From an uncultured Pseudomonadota bacterium (GTDB taxonomy: Bacteria > Desulfobacterota > Binatia > Binatales > Binataceae): 64,000 nt of DNA. The stretch covers positions 66,111-130,110 of the forward strand of contig CAWGQB010000028.1 in the NCBI GenBank assembly GCA_963824565.1, in the 5' to 3' direction. This document shows, piece after piece, positions 32,035 to 40,908 of the stretch. The position numbers and the translations under genes are program-made. The notes beneath the pieces were generated by a model that worked only from the letters and a program-made list of their open reading frames with translations, ran no database searches and was not told the DNA's origin. Every line of letters starts with the position of its first letter. The first letter of the stretch is position 1.

Positions 32035-32989
32035 TTATAACAATGTTGACACTATAGCGGAGTCAATTCCAGAAGAGGAATCGCCGCGCAATAACGTTAC
32101 GCCGGTTTCGTGGGCCAGCTTGCTGCGCATTGCCGGTCCGCCGGACGCCAGCTTCGCATAGGTGGTCAGGCGGATGTCGTAATGGGCGAGCAAATCGCGC
32201 AAATGCGGGCTGGTCAGCAGGTCAACTTCGCGCTGGGCGGCAGGATTGGGCAGGCTGCGCCCCGGCGTCCGTTGCGGGATGGAAGTAAAGCTCGGTGACG
32301 CGGTTATCCGGCAATCGCGCCAGCAATCCGTGGAGATAGCGCTCGGTCATGTTGCCGCTCTGATGCAGGCCGAAGAGCCAGTCGCCGGACCGGATACCAT
32401 GGCGTACCATCATGCGCCGGGCACGCGCCGACAGCGACCGGAAAATCACCGACTCCGTCAGCTTGCGGGTCACGTTGTCGGAGCTGAGCCTGATCGTGGT
32501 CAGGACAGGTTCGCGCGGCAGGCGCAGGCACGGCACGCGGTATTCGACCGCCAGGCCGACCAGGATATCCAGGATTACCGGATGAACGTGTATATTGAGA
32601 TGCCCGTTGATATGGTTGAGGTAGCCAATCAGTTGCAGATGCGTTTCGATTTGCGCACGGCATTCGTCGACCAGCTTCTGCCGCAGCCGGCGATTGAAAA
32701 AATAACGCATACCCGCGTTTACCGGGCTGTTGGTAAAGGCGGCGCGCGTATCGACCAACCCCCCGAGCTGGTCCGAATCGAGCACGCTGCGGCCCTGGCA
32801 CATCACCAGATGCAGTCCGACATCGAGATCAGGACATTCCTTGGCCAGGGCGGCGGCCTGCTCGCGCGCCGGCTCAGCGACCATCAGGCTGGCGCTGGTC
32901 AGGATTCCCTCGCGATGGCACCGCAGTATCCCCGCGTTGGTCTCCGCGGAGGCGCCGAAATCGTCGCCGTTGACAATCAGATGCTTCAA
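32035..32989 (-). pseudogene. hpnK: YdjC-family deacetylase, HpnK-like; C-terminus displaced by a +1 insertion at 32248-50
   Basis: ORF 32222..32989 (TTG start): LIVNGDDFGASAETNAGILRCHREGILTSASLMV..., LDVGLHL, HLNIHVH. After the ggg run, the YdjC-type tail AAQREVDLLTSPHLRDLLAHYDIRLTTYAKLA... continues in another frame to about 32035. Confidence 0.75.
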
Positions 32990-33009
32990 GATGTCGCGAT
33001 TTCTCCCAC

Positions 33010-34814
33010 TGGCTGCTGGCCGACGACATGGGTCTGGGTAAAACCGTCCAGGCCATTACCGCATTCGCGCGCTGATCCGCCGATTGAAGGCATTGTAATG
33101 GCGCTCGTGATATGTCCAAAGGCGGTATTGACGAACTGGCTACGTGAACTGGAGCGCTGGGCTCCAGAATTGGTTGCCGTCGCCGTTCAGGGGGCTCCCC
33201 AATCCAGGCGCGTGCTCTGGAGAGCATTCCAAGGCAGATGTCATGTTCTTCTTACAACCTACAAATATCTGGTTCGGGCAAAATCGGGACCAACTCAATA
33301 CCAGAGAATTCGATCTGATCGTAGCCGATGAGATTCAGCGCATAAAAAATCCGAACGCCGAAGTTACGAAAGCACTTCGTGCTCTGCGGTCGAAGAGAAG
33401 ATGGGGCCTTACAGGAACACCTCTGGAAAATAGCTTGGAAGACGTCATTTCCATCTTCCGGTTCCTCAAACCTGACGTTATCCTGGGTCGCTTGTCAAGC
33501 CAAGAAGAGGTCACAGACCGCATAAAGCCATATTTTAAACGTCGGAGGAAAAAGGACGAGGGTACTCCCTGAACTTCCGGAAAAAGTCCTCGACAGCAGG
33601 TGGCTCGCCCTTTCCGAAAAGCAAAGGGCAGCTTACAATCGCATTGAAACGGAGGGGGAGTTGCGACTTGCCAGCTCTGAGAATGTGACTCTTACGAATG
33701 TCCTGGCACTCATCCTTGAGCTTAAGAAGATTTGCAATTTCGACCCGGTTTCAGGGGAAAACCACAAAGCTCAGAGTTTCTCGTCGAAGACTATTTGCCA
33801 GAAGCGTGCACAGACGGTCAAAAGGCGCTGGTCATCTCGCAGTACGTACAGACATTAGAGAGAATTCAGAAGGGCATCGAGGATTATGAACCCTTGATCT
33901 ATACTGGGGCGCTGTCGACCGCACAACGCAACAAAGTCCTAAGCGATTTTGATTCGAAAGAACATCATAGGGTTCTGTTACTTTCGCTGAGAGCTGGAGG
34001 CGTCGGAATCAACCTAACACGTGCAAACTATGTGGTCCATTTTGACCGGTGGTGGAATCCAGCGGTCGAACGACAGGCCGAGGACCGTGCCCATCGGATA
34101 GGTCAGGAAAAGACGGTTTTTGTCACTCGATTCATCTGTAAGGATACGATTGAGGAGAGAATCGAGAAGATCCTTGAACGCAAACGCAGCTTGTTTCGAG
34201 ATGTCGTTGACGAATTAGCAGAGGTCGACGATCTAGAACGGGTGCTCTCGGAAGAAGAGCTTTTCGGGCTGTTCGGTTTAGAGCCACGCAGATATCGGAG
34301 CAAGGAAACCGAGCCCCGTGCAACTCCTTCAAAAGGCACAAAAGCAAAACCCTCCTCGGGGAGTCAGAGTGATCGTGACACACGGTCATATCGAGTCATT
34401 AGACCCGACGAGCCCTTCTCGAACCTTGTGAGGCTACGAAAGGTTCTTCGAGAAACTGAGGAATTTATTGAATGGGCGGATCTGCACTTCAGCGCGCGTG
34501 GTCTTGAGGGGATCGCCGTTACGGTGGATCCCGCCGCGGTGCGAGCTATCCGAATACTTTCAGGAACGGCGAACGTCAACGATCGAGCGAGGAAAGACTT
34601 CGAAAGATTTTGCGCTGAGCTCAAGCAGAAAGGCATTGCTGCAGAGTGGCGCACCCTCACTGACTTCGCACACGACCGATTCATAATCACAAAGAACGCC
34701 TGCTATAACGTTCCGCCCATCAATAGCCTCCTCAAAGGGAGCTATTCGGAAATTCTTGAGACCCTGAACCGACCCCCTTTCGATGAATGGTGGAAAAAGG
34801 CCTCTCCAATATGA
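33010..34814 (+). pseudogene. SNF2-family helicase, 5'-truncated and frameshifted at least 5 times, with an uncharacterised C-terminal domain
   Basis: Motif I WLLADDMGLGKTVQAI (33010..), LVICPKAVLTNW, motif II LIVADEIQRIKN, WGLTGTPLENSLEDV, helicase-C LLLSLRAGGVGINLTRANYVVHFDRWWNPAVERQAEDRAHRIGQ. The pieces lie in ORFs 32246..33331, 33144..33572, 33661.. and 33732..34814. There is no room for an N-terminal region before hpnK. Confidence 0.85.
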
Positions 34815-34987
34815 AAGTACGGTGCACGTGTGCCAAGGCGGGGCAGATATTGTCAAATGATCGAAACCGGCAGCCGCTAATGGGGGATGGCTCTGCATCT
34901 CCGGGACCTGTAACACATGATCCAAACTATTTCCGACCAGAAAGCACTACCATGACGCCAATGTTTTTGCTGAGTCCTCTTCGAAAA

Positions 34988-35473
34988 TTACCTTGCGGTT
35001 GATTTAGATATCGAGCACCAAACACTTCTGCTTTGATCCCCTGTGCCGATGTGATGCCATGCGAAATACGCCAGCGACGATAACAGTACCGCAATTGGTA
35101 AGTAGAAGAGGATGATCGCAACGACATTTAAGGCTGCTTTCGGCTCCCCATGACGGCGGCGGACACTCATTCGACAGAATCTTGCATCGATTCTTCTACT
35201 TAATATGATAAAGCCTTTAGTTCGATCTTCCAACTCAAGCAACGCATCGACTGCTCCTAAGAGCAGCCTCGAATAGTAGAAGGTGTCCAGCAGGAATAAT
35301 ACTATCCATCCACCGAGTAATGCTAAGGAACCCACAAAAGCCGATCGCCAAACAACGGAGCCGCTCTCCTGAGAAAAGCCGCCTTCGACGAAGAAACTCG
35401 CGACCGCAATCAGGCCTGTAACTGCGCCCAACGCCTGGGTTCGCAGCCGCATCAAAAGATCGTTGAAATGCAT
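34988..35473 (-). CDS. hypothetical 3-TM membrane protein (possibly longer, starting at ATG 35564 in another frame)
   Basis: 161-aa ORF with hydrophobic segments ALGAVTGLIAVASFFV, FVGSLALLGGWIVLFLL and VVAIILFYLPIAVLLSSLAYFAW. AT-richer codon usage, like the neighbouring SNF2 gene. No family recognised. Confidence 0.4.
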   Translation of the reverse strand: MHFNDLLMRLRTQALGAVTGLIAVASFFVEGGFSQESGSVVWRSAFVGSLALLGGWIVLFLLDTFYYSRLLLGAVDALLELEDRTKGFIILSRRIDARFCRMSVRRRHGEPKAALNVVAIILFYLPIAVLLSSLAYFAWHHIGTGDQSRSVWCSISKSTAR

Positions 35474-35805
35474 CGCAACGTCTTCGTACTTCGATCAGAG
35501 TTGGGATAAGATTGCGGCGCTCCGAGGTTTCGTCCGAGTCAGGAGCTTGTGCGTTGTCGCTCATCCGAATTTTCCACCTCCTCTTGGGCGCTCTCTTAGA
35601 AACAGATTGGCTAACTATCTCAAGAAAATCGGGCCCTCCTTCGGTGGTGAAAGGGCCAGAGAGAGGATGACTGATACTCTTCAACCGCAGAACTACTCTA
35701 CTTCCAGCAATTACCGTTCGCCCGCTTGCCTGATTCTGCTAGCAATGGGCCCAGTCACTCAAGCCGGGTCCGAAAACCCGTTAAAATAAGGCCGGTTCTT
35801 TAGCA

Positions 35806-36583
35806 GTGATACTAATCTTTTATGCCCTGCGGCGTGAGCTGAGCGGGTTGCGCAAGCGAATTTCGCAGCGCGCCCCGCTGGGTCCGGGGCTGCGCGGTTT
35901 CAAGGGCCGAATCGGGACCGAAGAGATTTTTTTGGTGGCTACCGGAATTGGCATCGGGCAAGCCCGCGAGTCGGCGCGTCGCGCGCTGCAAACCCTGCCC
36001 ACACCCCGGATGGTAATCTCCTCCGGTGTGGCCGGCGCCCTGGCGCCCGACCTTAGAGCCGGTGACCTCGTGATTGCCGACCGCTTGCTGATGGAAGGCA
36101 GCCATGATTCCAGCTTTGACGAGAATCGCCCGCTTGGCCCCTGACGCGGCCCAATCCGTGCAGGATACGCTGCGCCGCGCCGGATTGACGTGTTCGACCG
36201 GGGCGCTGTTGACGGCCAAACGCGTGCTGGCCAACGCCGAGGCCAAGGGCTCCGCGTATGCGCGCAGCGGCGCGCTTGCAGTGGACATGGAAAGCGCGGC
36301 GATTGCGGCCGAGTTCGCGGTCTCAGCGGTACGCTTTGTCTGCATCCGCGCGGTCATTGATGAGGCCGGTGACGAGATTCCGGGAGCGGAACTGCCCGAT
36401 GAGACTGGGCGCGTGGCACCGCTTAAGGCGGCGGCTTATTTCCTTACGAATCCCGGCGCGCTGGCGCGGGTGCCCGCAATGCTTAGGAACTTATCGCGTG
36501 CCACTTTCGCGATTGCTGCGGCCCTGGAAGCGCTGTGCCTCGATGCGGCGGGCAGGGATGCCCGCCCCACTGGTTCAGATTGA
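35806..36583 (+). pseudogene. hpnG: PNP/MTAN-fold nucleosidase, HpnG-like, one frameshift near 36.1 kb
   Basis: ILIFYALRRELSGL...FLVATGIGIGQARESA...VISSGVAGALAP...GDLVIADRLL (ORF 35806..36144), continuing as ...GALLTAKRVLANAEAKGSAYARSGALAVDMESAAIA (ORF 36104..36583). Confidence 0.7.
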
Positions 36584-36695
36584 TTTATCTTTACCGACGG
36601 CAGACTTCGGCCGAAACTGTATCTTGGTAAGCGCCCGTCCTCGACCCGACGAACGCGCGGATGCGTCGGTCGCCCGGGCAGAGGTTACTTCAACT

Positions 36696-37859
36696 GTGGA
36701 TACCGATCTGGCTGAGCGCATCCTCCGTTATCTGCGCGAGCGATCGCAGGTAATGGTCGACACTTTGGCGCAACTGGTGCGGGCCGAGTCGCCGTCGTCC
36801 GTTCCGGAGTCTCAAGCTCCAGTGCTAGGCATGCTCGGCGAGCGGCTGGGCGCGATGCGGTACGAGGTATCGCGGCTTAAGGGCCGCAACTGCGGAGGTC
36901 ATCTGTATGCCCGGCCTCGCGGACGTATCCGCCGGCCTGCCCAATTGCTGCTTGGACATTCCGATACCGTCTGGCCGCTGGGGACTCTGGTGGACATGCC
37001 TATCACCCTGAAAGACGGCATTTTCGCGGGCCCCGGAGCGTATGATATGAAGGCCGGCCTGGTCCAGATGCTCGAGGCGCTGGGTGCTCTACAGGCGTTG
37101 GACCTCGAGCCGCCACTGAGCCCGTTGGTCTTTATCAACTCCGACGAGGAAATCGGCAGCGGCGATTCCACCCGCCACATCCGCCGGCTTGCCCGAAGCG
37201 TCGAGCGCGTTCTGGTGCTGGAGCCGTCGTTGGGGCTGGAGGGCAAACTGAAGACCGCGCGCAAGGGAGTCGGACGCTTCACGGTGACGGTCAAGGGCAA
37301 GGCCGCTCATGCCGGGTTGAATCCAGAAAGCGGCGCCAGCGCAATACTGGAACTCTCCTACGTGATCCAGAAACTCTTCGCGCTCAACGACCCGAAAAGG
37401 GGCACCACCGTCAACGTCGGTACCATCGCCGGCGGGCTCAGCCCCAACGTTGTCGCACCTGAAAGCCGCGCTGGGGTGGACGTTCGGGTGGTGACTACGG
37501 AGGACGCTCGCCAGGTCGAGCAGAGTATCCTGGCTCTGCAACCGGTCATTCCCGGGGTGAGACTGGAAATTCAGGGGCGGATCACGCGCCGTCCGATGGA
37601 GCGGAGCCCCGCCAATCAGAGGTTGTGGCAAGCTGCCCGGGAGATCGGCCGGGAGATCGGATTGGACCTCAAGGATACGCTTGCAGGAGGGGCGTCTGAC
37701 GGGAACACCACCAGCCTGTACACCGCCACCCTCGACGGCCTGGGAGCAGTCGGCGACGGCGCCCACGCGGGACACGAGTTCGTGTATTGCGACAAGATGA
37801 TGGAGCGCAGCGCCCTTTTGGCTCTGTTGCTGATGGCCCCGGCACTGTCGGAAGCCTGA
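36696..37859 (+). CDS. M20-family metallopeptidase (carboxypeptidase G2-like)
   Basis: ORF 36258..37859; start probably GTG 36696 or ATG 36558. LLLGHSDTVWP, GAYDMKAG, NSDEEIGS, GGASDGN, GDGAHAGHEF. Confidence 0.8.
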   Translation: MDTDLAERILRYLRERSQVMVDTLAQLVRAESPSSVPESQAPVLGMLGERLGAMRYEVSRLKGRNCGGHLYARPRGRIRRPAQLLLGHSDTVWPLGTLVDMPITLKDGIFAGPGAYDMKAGLVQMLEALGALQALDLEPPLSPLVFINSDEEIGSGDSTRHIRRLARSVERVLVLEPSLGLEGKLKTARKGVGRFTVTVKGKAAHAGLNPESGASAILELSYVIQKLFALNDPKRGTTVNVGTIAGGLSPNVVAPESRAGVDVRVVTTEDARQVEQSILALQPVIPGVRLEIQGRITRRPMERSPANQRLWQAAREIGREIGLDLKDTLAGGASDGNTTSLYTATLDGLGAVGDGAHAGHEFVYCDKMMERSALLALLLMAPALSEA

Positions 37860-37976
37860 AAGCGACAACCCTTTGTCGGCATCCCGCCCAAGACGTCATG
37901 AACATTACCGCCTGATCGATTTGCCGCATTTCGTGCGGCGGGGTATTCAAGAGGTTCCCGACAGGAGGACGGCATC

Positions 37977-38894
37977 ATGGCGGATTCTACAAAAAGATTG
38001 GCCGGTAAGGTCGCGATCGTAACCGGTGCGGGCAACGGTATCGGCAGGGCTGAGGCGCTGCTGCTGGCCCGTCAGGGGGCCAAAGTCGTGGTCAACGACT
38101 TGGGCGGCGATACGAAGGGCGATGGCCAGGACCTCGGCATCGCGCAAAAGGTAGTTCAGGAAATTCAGGCTTTCGGCGGCGAGGCGGTGGCCAATGGCGA
38201 TTCGGTCGCCAGCTTTCAGGGCGGCGCCAATATCGTCAACACCGCGATCAAAAGCTTCGGACGGCTCGATATCCTGGTTAACAACGCGGGCAACTCGCGC
38301 GCGCGCGTGATCTACAATTTGACCGAAGAGGACTGGGACGCGGTGATCGCGGTGCATCTGAAGGGATGCTTTAACACCGTACGCCATGCGGCGCCGATTT
38401 TCCGCGAGCAGCGCTCCGGCGTGATCATCAACACCGGTTCGGAATCGGGTCTGGGCCATTTTGGACAAGCGAACTATTCTGCCGCCAAGGAGGGAATTGT
38501 CGGTTTCACCCGCACGGTTGCGCGCGACCTGGGACGGTTTGGCATCCGCTGTAACGCGATTCGGCCGCGCGCGACGGATACGAGGTTGGCGGGCGGCGAG
38601 GGCGGCGGTGAGGAGGCCGGCAAGAAGCTGGCCCAGTCCTTCGGCAAAAACGTTATCGGAAACCGAGGTTTTACCACTCCACGTCCTCCCAGAGCCGAAG
38701 AGGTTGCGGCGTTGGTCGCCTGGCTGTGCACCGACTCAATGGCCGGAGTAAACGGCAGGACTTTCCAGATTGGGGGCGGCGAAGTGGGTCTGTGGTCGGA
38801 ACCCGAACTTATCCGGGCATCGTTCAGGCAGGAAGGATGGGATATCGATTCGCTCGACCAGCACGCGCTGCGCGATTATCTGCTCGGCGAATGA
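37977..38894 (+). CDS. short-chain dehydrogenase/reductase
   Basis: 305-aa ORF. GKVAIVTGAGNGIGRA (TGxxxGxG), NNAG, YSAAKEG (YxxxK). Confidence 0.85.
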   Translation: MADSTKRLAGKVAIVTGAGNGIGRAEALLLARQGAKVVVNDLGGDTKGDGQDLGIAQKVVQEIQAFGGEAVANGDSVASFQGGANIVNTAIKSFGRLDILVNNAGNSRARVIYNLTEEDWDAVIAVHLKGCFNTVRHAAPIFREQRSGVIINTGSESGLGHFGQANYSAAKEGIVGFTRTVARDLGRFGIRCNAIRPRATDTRLAGGEGGGEEAGKKLAQSFGKNVIGNRGFTTPRPPRAEEVAALVAWLCTDSMAGVNGRTFQIGGGEVGLWSEPELIRASFRQEGWDIDSLDQHALRDYLLGE

Positions 38895-39002
38895 GCAAGG
38901 TGCTGCGTTACAAGTCGTAGCCTGATAGCCGATTTGGAACGCAGAGGTGGCCTTAGAGGTCTCCGCGCGGTAATTTAGGAGAATTCTCAGGGAGTTTGAA
39001 AT

Positions 39003-39500
39003 ATGAGCGCTATCGATGAAGCCCTGAAGGCCAACGAAACTTATGCGCGCAATTTCAAGTTAGGGAATCTGGCGATGCCACCGGCAAAAAAACTCAGCGT
39101 CGTTGCCTGCATGGACGCGCGTCTGACGATCGAACAGATCCTCGGGCTTAACACTGGCGACGCGCACATTATCCGTAACGCGGGCGGAATCGTCACCGAC
39201 GACGTCATTCGCTCGCTGATAATCTCGCATCACCTGCTGGGCACGCAGGAATTCATGATAATCAATCACACCGACTGTGGAATGCTCACCTTCAAGGATT
39301 CCGAACTGTCGGAAAGACTCGAGCGCGAAACGGAAGTTTCCGTTGCGTCGCCGAGCCACTTCCACGCCTTCGACAATCTGGAGGTAAACGTCCATCGGCA
39401 GATTCAGCGAGTCAAATCGCACCACTGGATCCCGAAGAGCATTCCGGTGCGCGGATTCATTTTCGACGTGAAGACCGGAAAGCTCACAGAAGTGCAGTGA
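39003..39500 (+). CDS. beta-class carbonic anhydrase-like protein
   Basis: 165-aa ORF. VVACMDARL and INHTDCGM (Cys/Asp-Arg ... His-x2-Cys zinc site). Confidence 0.8.
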   Translation: MSAIDEALKANETYARNFKLGNLAMPPAKKLSVVACMDARLTIEQILGLNTGDAHIIRNAGGIVTDDVIRSLIISHHLLGTQEFMIINHTDCGMLTFKDSELSERLERETEVSVASPSHFHAFDNLEVNVHRQIQRVKSHHWIPKSIPVRGFIFDVKTGKLTEVQ

Positions 39501-39534
39501 AACCTGGCGCATTCAAACCGGACGAGGGGATTTT

Positions 39535-40041
39535 ATGAAAAGGGTTGGATCAATCCTGGCCGCATTCGCGGTCGCCGCTGTTGTGGGGTGGGGTTTCGCC
39601 CGTTGCGCGGAGGCCGCGTCCGCGGACGAAAAAGCGATTAGCGACGTTGAACATAAACTCGCCGCATCGACCAATGCGCAAGAGGCGATAAAGTACTTCG
39701 ATCCTACCGATCAAGTGGTGGTTTTAGACATCAGCGGTCCGCCGCGCGAGCATGTCGGGCCCAAGGATGTGAGGGCCGACCTCGAAAAAGGCTTCGCCGG
39801 AATGAAGGACATGAAAGCCCAGTTCATCGAGCTCAAGGTGATAACCGACGGCAAGCTCGGATACGCCCGCAGCGTTCAGCGGTTCACCGCGACCGGGCCC
39901 AACGGCAAGCCAGTCGATATCACGTTCCGTGAGACCGACTTGCTGCACAAGGTGGATGGCCAATGGAGAATCCTCGAGCAGCACATCTCGGTGCCGGTTG
40001 ACATGGCAACCGGCAAGGCCGACATGGCATCGAAGATGTAG
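39535..40041 (+). CDS. secreted SnoaL/NTF2-like (DUF4440-type) protein
   Basis: 168-aa ORF. Signal peptide MKRVGSILAAFAVAAVVGWGFARCAEA, then an NTF2-like pattern ending DGQWRILEQHISVP. Confidence 0.55.
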   Translation: MKRVGSILAAFAVAAVVGWGFARCAEAASADEKAISDVEHKLAASTNAQEAIKYFDPTDQVVVLDISGPPREHVGPKDVRADLEKGFAGMKDMKAQFIELKVITDGKLGYARSVQRFTATGPNGKPVDITFRETDLLHKVDGQWRILEQHISVPVDMATGKADMASKM

Positions 40042-40093
40042 CCGCCCTTAGCGCCGTTGGTATCATTTGAGGATCGCGGCACCCTGCACAATA

Positions 40094-40122
40094 GATCCGT
40101 CCTCTAAAATGGATCCGTCCTC
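40094..40122. repeat. 11-bp direct repeat GATCCGTCCTC x2 (18-bp period) upstream of the dcw cluster
   Basis: Exact copies at 40094-40104 and 40112-40122 in the AT-richer intergenic region. Confidence 0.6.
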
Positions 40123-40193
40123 GATATTGCCCTCAATCGGTGATGGGCCGATGCGCTCACTCGAACCTCGGGCTGTACTTAATTCATTGAAGA

Positions 40194-40208
40194 GTGGGTA
40201 ATTGTGGG
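40194..40208 (+). promoter_or_regulatory. distal pair of GTGGG boxes, 10-bp phased (MraZ-box-like)
   Basis: GTGGG at 40194-98 and 40204-08. Confidence 0.35.
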
Positions 40209-40399
40209 AGGTTCACAGGCCAGCTCCACTCTCTCCCACCGCAAATTGCGAACTGATTTCGGATTTAGAGCGGTCCCAACAGCCTACCCTAAGCTGAATT
40301 TCATCCCATTTTGCTAATCAATTGCGCCACGGAAGCGTACAAATAGCGAAACTAAGATGCTACTTCGTAATATTTGTTGCTAACTGACCTAGACTTCCC

Positions 40400-40434
40400 T
40401 TGACATTCGGTGGGGGCAAGTGGGAGATTGTGGT
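40400..40434 (+). promoter_or_regulatory. putative dcw promoter overlapping three 10-bp-phased GTGGG/GTGGT repeats (MraZ operator-like)
   Basis: TTGACA at 40400-05. GTGGG 40410-14, GTGGG 40420-24, GTGGT 40430-34. Weak -10-like GAGATT at 40424-29. Lies 20-50 nt upstream of the probable mraZ GTG start. Confidence 0.55.
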
Positions 40435-40452
40435 GCAACGAGGTACGATGCG

Positions 40453-40902
40453 GTGTTTAACGGTCGCTTCGACCATGCGATCGATAATAAAGGACGGGTG
40501 AGTATTCCCGCCCGCTTCCGCGAAGTACTGCAAGAAAAAGGGCTCGATCGCCTCTACATCACGAACTTCATCGTCGACAACGAGCGCTGCTTGCAGCTGT
40601 ATTTGCCGGCCGACTGGGAGCGCCTGGTGGGAAGAATTAAAGAAAAGGCGAGCTTCAACCGTAATGCACAGTTGTTTCAGATTTTCTATATCGGCGGCGC
40701 TCATGAGGTCGAAGTCGATCGTCAGGGACGCATCCTAATTCCTAATAAGTTACGCGAATTTGCCCACCTGGAAAAGGAAGTGGCCTTCTCGGCGATGACC
40801 GACCATTTTCAGCTCTGGGACAAGGGCACTCTCGATCGGGTCCGGGACGAAGCCGAGAACAGTTTCAGGGACTCCAACTTCCTCAAAGAGGTTGGAGTGT
40901 AA
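40453..40902 (+). CDS. mraZ: transcriptional regulator MraZ
   Basis: ORF 40420..40902; likely GTG at 40453 (VFNGRFDHAIDNKGRVSIPARFREVL...). Second SpoVT/AbrB-like half has DRQGRILIPNKLREFA. Confidence 0.9.
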   Translation: MFNGRFDHAIDNKGRVSIPARFREVLQEKGLDRLYITNFIVDNERCLQLYLPADWERLVGRIKEKASFNRNAQLFQIFYIGGAHEVEVDRQGRILIPNKLREFAHLEKEVAFSAMTDHFQLWDKGTLDRVRDEAENSFRDSNFLKEVGV

Positions 40903-40908
40903 CGAGCA

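Larger units (their letters stand above)
33000..35800. other. AT-richer island 2 (SNF2 remnant plus TM protein) between hpnK and hpnG
   Basis: GC drops to roughly 50% by eye from about 33.2 to 35.8 kb. Bounded exactly by the hpnK start (32989) and the hpnG start (35806). Confidence 0.5.

Noticed and set aside
36258-36695. 146-codon N-terminal extension of the M20 peptidase overlapping the hpnG-like 3' half.
   Set aside because: The extension translates to Arg/Ala-rich sequence in an alternate frame of the nucleosidase gene. M20 similarity begins near 36696.
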